This document shows, in pieces, positions 22,410 through 29,337 of a stretch of DNA of 29,337 bases. Every line of letters begins with the position of its first letter. The stretch's first letter is position 1. The stretch is from Octopus sinensis (lineage: Eukaryota), in NCBI RefSeq assembly GCF_006345805.1, contig NW_021833167.1:1-29337 (forward strand), written 5' to 3'. The notes below the pieces were generated by a model. The model had not been told where the DNA came from, ran no database searches, and saw only the letters and a list, made by a program, of their open reading frames with translations. Both the position numbers and the translations under genes were made by a program.

Positions 22410-22592
22410 TCTTTATTTTCTCTCGACTCACATCGCCATATATGTTTATTTAAGTCGGGTGGATATGTGGGTATTAAGAAGAGAGTCTCATTTCTTTACG
22501 GTTCCCTAATACATTTCAACAAACCAATTAGACCTCCGCCTAGCTCAGACCCTTCGTTAAGAAGATTCCGCTGCCGTCTTTCATGATATATA

Positions 22593-23167
22593 CGAGGGTG
22601 AGTCAAAAAGTAATGCCATTTTGTTTAGGACAGGTATAATTACCAACGCAAGAACATGTATCATACATCAAAATGAAGCTGGTCCTCTGTGGATCACATC
22701 CCTACTTCTCAACATAGTCACTGTTTCTCTCAATAGCAATGTTCCACCTTCGAATGAGAGCATGTATCTCTGCCCCGTAAAATTCTGTTGACAGTTCTCT
22801 GAGCCAATTCTTCACTACAGTTTTCATTTCCTCGTCACCGGACTATCATCGACACCGGACTATCATCGTCGCTGGACTATCATCTCTTCGGTCCCATGAA
22901 AGAGGGTTTGAGGGGCAAACATTATTCCAGTGACGGGGAAGTGAAAACTGAAGTGGCTCAAAGAACAATCAACAGAATTTTACGGGGCAGGGATACATGC
23001 TTTCATTCGATGCTGGAACATTGCTATTCAGAGAAACAGTGACTATGTTGAGAAGTAGGGATGTGATCCACAGAGGACCAGCTTCCTTTTGATGTATGAT
23101 ACATGTTCCTGTGTTGGTAATTATACCTGTCCTAAACAAAATGGCGTTACTTTTTGACTCACTTTTA
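22593..23167. mobile_element. Palindromic (fold-back) non-autonomous mariner element
   Basis: ta|cgagggtgagtcaaaaagtaa start and ttactttttgactcac end. Arms 22593-22838 and 22930-23167 are reverse complements, both derived from the transposon right end. Confidence 0.9.
22875..23058 (+). pseudogene. Mariner transposase C-terminal fragment (frameshifted)
   Basis: DYHLFGPMKEGLRGKHYSSDGEVKT / KWLKEQSTEFYGAGIHAFIRCWNIAIQRNSDYVEK*, the typical mariner C-terminus after the PSDY motif. The left arm encodes DEEMKTVVKNWLRELSTEFYGAEIHALIRRWNIAIERNSDYVEK* on the - strand. Confidence 0.85.
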
Positions 23168-23633
23168 TATCTTCTGAATTGTACTCTGAGAGAATGGTTC
23201 GAACTTACGAAGCTTTCGTCCCATCTTTTGCTCCAGCTCTATAATACATGTTCATGAGAGATAAACTTACAAATGAGAAACATCACACTACTAACACAAA
23301 ACTAAGACACAATATTGGCTTGTATATAGCTGTTAGTATGTTATGGTTGGGAAACAAAGTGCGGAGTCCTTGCTAGCAATTAATGGTTATGCACCAGTTG
23401 CCCGGAATGTGTGTAATATGTAAATGTGTTCATCCGACCGTGTTACACTGCTCAACTTTAAAATGAGAACATCGCACGGCTAATACAAAAGACGCTGGGA
23501 GGGGGTGTATGTGTGCGTGCGTGCATAGGCTCCGGCGTGGCTGTGTGGAAAGTAGTTTACTTCCCAAATACATGGTTCCTTGGGCATGTGTCTTCTGATA
23601 TAGCCTCCGGCTGACCAAAGCCTTGTGAGTAGA

Positions 23634-23896
23634 TTTTTGTTTTGTTGTTCCTTCTCGAGCCCTGCTTTCCCGGTTTCCCCGGTCCATCGCAGGTGAGCTG
23701 CAAGATGCAGGAGGAAAGAGTGAGAGAAAGTTGTGGCGAAAGAGTCTGCAGAAGTTTCGCCATTACCTTCTACCGGTGCCGCGTGGAGCTTAGGTGTTTC
23801 GCTCATAAACACATACATCGCCCGGTTTAAGATTCGAACCCACGATCCCTCGACTGCGAGTCCGCTGCTCTAACCACTGGGCCATTGTGCCTCTAC
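23634..23896 (-). mobile_element. SINE family C with an internal deletion, abutting a SINE A 5' fragment (~23525-23632, +)
   Basis: Reverse complement of 19569-19882 (tail ttgttgttccttctcgagcc; head ctctaaccactgggccattgtgcctc). Confidence 0.85.
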
Positions 23897-24516
23897 TGTT
23901 GTTGCTGCTGTTGTTTCACACTACTGATTTTTCTGCCACGACTCACTAATTTCATCCTTTTTTTTTTCCTTCATTTTTGTTCGTAGTCCTCCCAATCATG
24001 TCAAAATGAAGCACAAATTGTCCAAAATATTCCCTGTATTAGGGGCCTCGGGATTCCTCCCGTTTCAGTAGGCGGGTCTGCACTACTAAAAATAGTCTAG
24101 GTAATTTGTTTCAGAAAGTCTCACGGGCCGCACTTTACCCATGATTGAACTACTGTATCCTTGCTTTATACAAAAAGCAAGGATACAATTTTCCTCAAAT
24201 TTACTGGGTGTGATTTTTTAAAGCAGATTTAGCTACTAATTCTAGCAGATCTTATCACATCTTAAGTGTAATTTCATCAGGTTAGTTGGCGCTCACCTAT
24301 GTTTTCATAAATAAAGCAAAACATCGATAATGGATCGAACCGTAGATGAAACAGCCTATTGTTCTTCTCATCTGATAATGGAGAACATTTCCTGATTATA
24401 ACAATGGGGGTTGATACATGAAAAGATGCAATGGTCCTGGGTTTCTAAGCGTTTTATATACTGGTGGCTAATGAAGAGAGGAGTGTCGGTGGTGCACACA
24501 ATATTTGTGACGTATT

Positions 24517-24519
<3 letters not shown>

Positions 24520-24579
<60 letters not shown>

Positions 24580-24878
24580 CTGTGTGTGTATCTGTGTTTG
24601 TGTATGTATGCATGAACGTATTTGTGCATGTATACGTATATGAATATATATAATATATATATATATATATATAATGTGTGTGTGTATGTGTGTATATATA
24701 TATGTGTATATATATATATATATCTATATATATATGTGTTATATATAATATATGTATATATATGTATATATATATGTATATGTATGTATGTCTGTATATA
24801 GGTATGTATGTATACATACAAAACAGACTTTTGTGTGTGTACATACATCGATATGTGTGAATGTAGATACATACGTAT

Positions 24879-24926
<48 letters not shown>

Positions 24927-24961
24927 TACATACATAATATGCTAATATATATTGTTATGAT

Positions 24962-24992
<31 letters not shown>

Positions 24993-25070
24993 TGAACACA
25001 TATATATTCATATGCATATATATTTGTACACATACATATATGCATGTATACATATATATATAATTTATAT
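24520..25070. repeat. (TG)n/(TA)n/(CA)n microsatellite block
   Basis: Read directly. Confidence 0.9.
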
Positions 25071-25329
25071 ATGCATACAAAATTTTGGCTCAGCACCACA
25101 GATTTTAGCGGTGGAGTTCACACTGTAGCGATGAACTCACTACTACTGCAGCACTGGGATTGACTTGTATGCAGTTTTCTATCAACACCCCAGGGTACAT
25201 TAAGGGTGACATTTGAAGGGATTTGAATGAGAAATTTAAGGGGACCATAAATCGGACGCATCAAAATATTTACATCCCTTCTATATGCTAACGTGAATGA
25301 ACAAATACACACACACACACACTCAAACA

Positions 25330-25930
25330 CAAGAAGCTTGCTTCCAAACCACATGGTTCCGGGTTCAGTCCCACTGCGTGGCATCTTGGGCAAGTGTCTT
25401 CTACTGCAGCCTCGGGCCGACCAAAGCCTTTTGAGTGGATTTGGTAGACGGAAACTGAAAGAAGCTTATTGTGTTTGAATATATATATATGTGTGTGTGT
25501 TTGTGTGTCTGTGTTTGTCCCCCTAACATCGCTTGACAACCGATGCTGGTGTGCTTACGTCCCCGTCACTTAGCGGTCCGGCAAAAGAGACCGATAGAAT
25601 AAGTACTGGGCTTACAAAGAATAAGTCCCGGGGTCGATTTGCTCGACCAAAGGCTGTGCTCCAGCATGGCTACAGTCAAATGACTGAAACAAGTAAAAGA
25701 GTAATATATATATATTTGTGTATGCATATATTTGTGTGTGTGTCTGAGTTTGTACCGCCTCCATCGCTTGACAACCGATGTTGGTGTGTTTACGTTCCCG
25801 TAACTTAGCGGTTCGGCAAAAGGAACCAATAGCATAAGTACTAAGCTTACAAAGAATAAGTCCTGTTTGACTAAAGGTGGTGCTCCAGCATGGTCGCAGT
25901 CAAATGACCGAAACAAGTAAAGGAGAATAA
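25330..25930 (+). mobile_element. SINE family A (25330-25700) followed by a second 3' half (~25740-25930)
   Basis: Head catggttccgggttcagtcccactgcgtggcatcttgggcaagtg; the tail gtcaaatgac.gaaacaagtaaa occurs twice. Confidence 0.85.
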
Positions 25931-26689
25931 AAGAATATATAAATAAAAAGGGGGTTGTATGATTGTGTATCGAGGAATATATGTTATTCAAAGAAATTCC
26001 AACTCCGTTTTTTTATATTTTATTTATATTGTTTATAATATAGAATATAAATATAATGTAGAATATAGAATATATATACTATAAATAGTATATATAGTAA
26101 AATGAAATGAAGTGTTGATTGTCTTATTGAATAGATGAAATGTTGAATATCAAATATTAAGGGACTAGTATACTTTCATGCATTAAAGCAGTCTTCAAGG
26201 TCCCAGGTTGTGACAGGAGTGTTTATATATATATTTTCTCTCTCTTCTCTTCTCACGTGACCGTCGGTCAACTATGCCTTTCGGCTTCTGAGCAGCGCCA
26301 CGACAACATCGAATCTTTCGTCTGCCGTAAGGCATTATTTTCCAAATACGCCAGCTAAGCTAAGTTGAACTGTCTAAAGTCGAAAGACGCCTGTTGTTTT
26401 TGTCCTGTTATTATTATTATTGCTTTTTGTATTTTATATCGTGTGGCAATCGTCCGTTTTTCTGTCCCTTGTTTCGTATACATATCCTTTTTCCCAAGAA
26501 ATCTAATGCTCGTAGCTTAGTTTTTCCTGGGGCTGCTGGCCGGATCGGAGCGATCTCAAGATAATCAGCCGAAATTGCGGAGGATGATCGGTTCTTGACT
26601 GAAGATTTAGAGGCTTCGATGAACCCGTTTCGTTTTTTGTGTCGTCTATTTGAATGTTTTGCGTTCTTGTCCCATTTTGTATTTTTATA

Positions 26690-26706
26690 TATATTTTTAT
26701 ACATAC

Positions 26707-26741
<35 letters not shown>

Positions 26742-26799
26742 TATGTAGTATATATATATATATATATATAATATATATATCTTCTAAAGCTTCCGTTTA

Positions 26800-26881
<82 letters not shown>

Positions 26882-27930
26882 TAAAGTTTTTTTTTAATAT
26901 AATAAATGAACAAAAGTCACCAAATCGTCATCCGTTATCGGTCAAAGGGTCAAACACAATATCGCGCCCTCCATGATAATAATACTCTCCCCTGTGGTGG
27001 CGCCGGCAGCAAGAGGCTATATATACGCTACGCCATGTGCTGATTGTCCTTTTTTAATATACAACTGTAAACATTATATAATTCTCAGGGTGTTTAATTA
27101 CATTTGCTGCGTGTTTATAAATAGTGCTGAATATTTAAATTTCAAAACCTGTGTTTGTGTGTGACCATGTGAATGTGTGCGTGTGCTTATGTGCGTGGGA
27201 TGTGTGAATGTGTGTCTGTATCTGTGTGTGTATACGGAAGTGTTTGTGTATGTGAATCTGTGCTTGTATGCGTGTGTGTGTGTGTCTGTTTTCTGTGTGG
27301 GGGGTATGTGAATGTGTCTGTATCTGTGTGTGTATACGGAAGTGTTTGGTGTATGCGAATCTGTGCGTGTGTGTGTGGGGGGGGGTGAATGTGTGTGTAT
27401 GCACGCGCGTGTGTGTGTCTGTTTAAGTGTGGGGTGTGTAAATTTGTTTGTGTGTGTGTGTGTGTGTTTATGTGAGTAAGGTGTGTGAATGCCTGTCTAT
27501 GTGTGTGTATATATATATGTGTGTGTGTTCGTGTTTTTGATGAAAAATCTGTATAATAAAATGTAAGTGTCTGTGTGTTTGTGTGTGTGTGTGCATGTGT
27601 GTGTGTTTGTGTGGTGTGTGTGTGTGTGTGTGTGTGCATGTGTGTGTGTGTATGTGTGTGTGCTTGTGTGTGTGTGTGTGTGTGTATGTGTGTGTATGTG
27701 TATGTGTGCATGTGTGTGTGTGTATGTGTGTGTGCTTGTGTGTGTATGTGTATGTGTGTGTGATAGGGAGAAAGAAACAGGGACAGACAGACAGAGGAAG
27801 AGAATTTAGTAAATGCTTTTTACGATTCTGCTATCCAGCTGCCATGTATATATATATATTTGTATTTGTGTGTGTGTGTGTGTGTGTGTATATGTTTGTA
27901 TTTATGTGTGTGTGTGTGTCTGTGTGTGTT
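26690..27930. repeat. (TA)n, (GA)n and long imperfect (TG)n tracts with a small internal duplication
   Basis: tgtctgtatctgtgtgtgtatacggaagtgtttg occurs twice (near 27215 and 27315). The stretch ~26890-27140 is unique sequence. Confidence 0.8.
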
Positions 27931-28282
27931 TTTGTTTGCGTTTCTGTGTTTCTGTGTACGTTCAGATTCATTCGCGTATTTCATATACGTGGCAATCATT
28001 TTTCCATATACACACATGTATACAAGAGTAGATGAATGTCTATACAGTTTACGTAGCCCCTGGCAAGGAATTAAGCGTCCCAACATATATTCTCCCAGTA
28101 AAACACACTGATTTTTTTTTCTTTTTTGTCATTTTATTTTGTTTTATTTGTATATTTTCATATTTTATTTTTGTACTAATTTTCTTAAACAGTTATTATT
28201 TGGCACTGAATAAGGGAATCTACTACAGCTACTACTACTACTAATAAAATAATAATAATAATAATGATGATGATGATGATAA

Positions 28283-28942
28283 TTCGTTCGTTTATTGGCC
28301 ACAAGGGCTGACAAAAATCAATTAAAACATAAAGGGACAAAACACAGGACGAAAGTTACAAAGGGTTTTGTCCGTTTGAAAAAGGTCCGTGTACAAAAGC
28401 AGGATGACAACGAAATATAAGTAACAATTAAAACTCCCAATAGGGGGAGGCGCTTCGAAAGGGTTACTCGTGGAAAAAACCATAAAAGCCACGGGAGCCT
28501 GGTCAAAAGGGGGTTAGAGAGCCCCTTTCTCCTTTTATATTTCCTTTTAATTCTCACAGGTGTATCCTCAGAATGGCCCCTTTCACACTGGCCATTCTTG
28601 CAGCATTCACCCACCTTTCAATAAACTTGCTACCAGACAACACTTCCCTCTCTACTCTCATCTTCCTTTTCAAGTGAAACTTGAAAAAGTTGATGAGGCC
28701 TTGGCCAAAGAGGAAAGTGTCTGAGCTTAGCCCTTTCAAACGGGTCCACCATATCACCTCTTTCGCTACAACCACTAGGCAAAGGAAAACTGCTTTGTCC
28801 TCCCGGTTAAAGGAGGTCGGCGGGGCAATCCTCACTATGGATTCAGCTGATAGCCGGATCCGTCTATACGCGACAGTAGATGTTCGACATAAACCCATAG
28901 TTCAGCAATACTCGGGCACTGGACGAGTGCGTGCAGAACGGT
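28283..28942 (-). mobile_element. 5'-truncated L1/Tx1-clade LINE: ORF2 C-terminus (one frameshift, stop at 28554-28556) plus 3' UTR
   Basis: TVLHALVQCPSIAELWVYVEHLLSRI / RIRLSAESIVRIAPP...VAKEVIWWTRLKG...RIHL*. The HxLxxCP zinc-knuckle end and the AKxxIWxxR motif are typical of L1/Tx1 ORF2. The 3' end is ccttgtggccaataaacgaacgaa. Confidence 0.8.
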
Positions 28943-28954
28943 AATAATAACAAT

Positions 28955-29275
28955 AAGCGCCTTCTACTATGGCCTCGAGCTGACCAATGCCTTGTGACTG
29001 GATTTGGTAGACGGAAACTGAAAGAAGCCCGTATATAATATATATATATTATATATATAATGGGACAAGAGCCACCACCATCACCACTACAACCATCGGT
29101 TGACAACCCATGTTGCTGAGTTTGCCATGCTGTAAACTAGCGGTTCGGCAAAAGGGAAGAGATAAAATAAACACCTGGTTTACAAAGAATAAGTCCAGGT
29201 ATCGATTCCTTCGACTAAGAACAGGTACTGCTCCAGCATGACCGCTGTCAAGTGACTGAAACAAGTAAAAGAATA
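28955..29275 (+). mobile_element. SINE family A, 5'-truncated
   Basis: ccttctactatggcctcgagctgaccaatgcc...actgaaacaagtaaaaga. Confidence 0.85.
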
Positions 29276-29337
29276 TTATACACAAACACACACACACACA
29301 CACACACACAACACAGATATATCTATATATATATATA

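Noticed and set aside
24195-24225. - strand CUGAUGA followed by a short hairpin
   Set aside because: Followed by GAUC rather than GAAA, with no stem III or cleavage triplet.
26950-27030. CTCF-like cccctgtggtggcgcc and TATA-like tatatata as a promoter
   Set aside because: Four mismatches to the CTCF core, TA runs are ubiquitous here, and there is no downstream ORF.

Overview
This is a eukaryotic, repeat-saturated, essentially non-coding window. Its SINE families and (CA)n/(TA)n/(GATA)n load resemble an octopus/cephalopod genome; that is inferred from recalled repeat families, not from a search. No host protein-coding gene can be supported, and nearly all listed ORFs are microsatellite or SINE read-throughs. 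Contents: about 15 copies or fragments of a tRNA-derived SINE with an internal microsatellite (family A); a second tRNA-derived SINE (family B) present as two TSD-flanked 5-unit tandem arrays and one nested copy; a third SINE (family C) twice; a 5'-truncated L1/Tx1-type LINE; a relic of an RLE-type non-LTR element; a fold-back mariner derivative; hAT-like MITE pieces; and Penelope-type hammerhead ribozyme motifs. The main candidate novel system is family B. At 20.5-21.0 kb a full-length copy has inserted with a 15-bp TSD into the GGTA(T/A)TTCG site of an older relative's own head, which is exactly where every unit of both arrays begins. Its 3' tail, including a stem-loop with a CTTGT loop, matches the 3' end of the Tx1-like LINE in this window. 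Together these suggest a self-targeting, Tx1-driven SINE that builds satellites by repeated retro-insertion.
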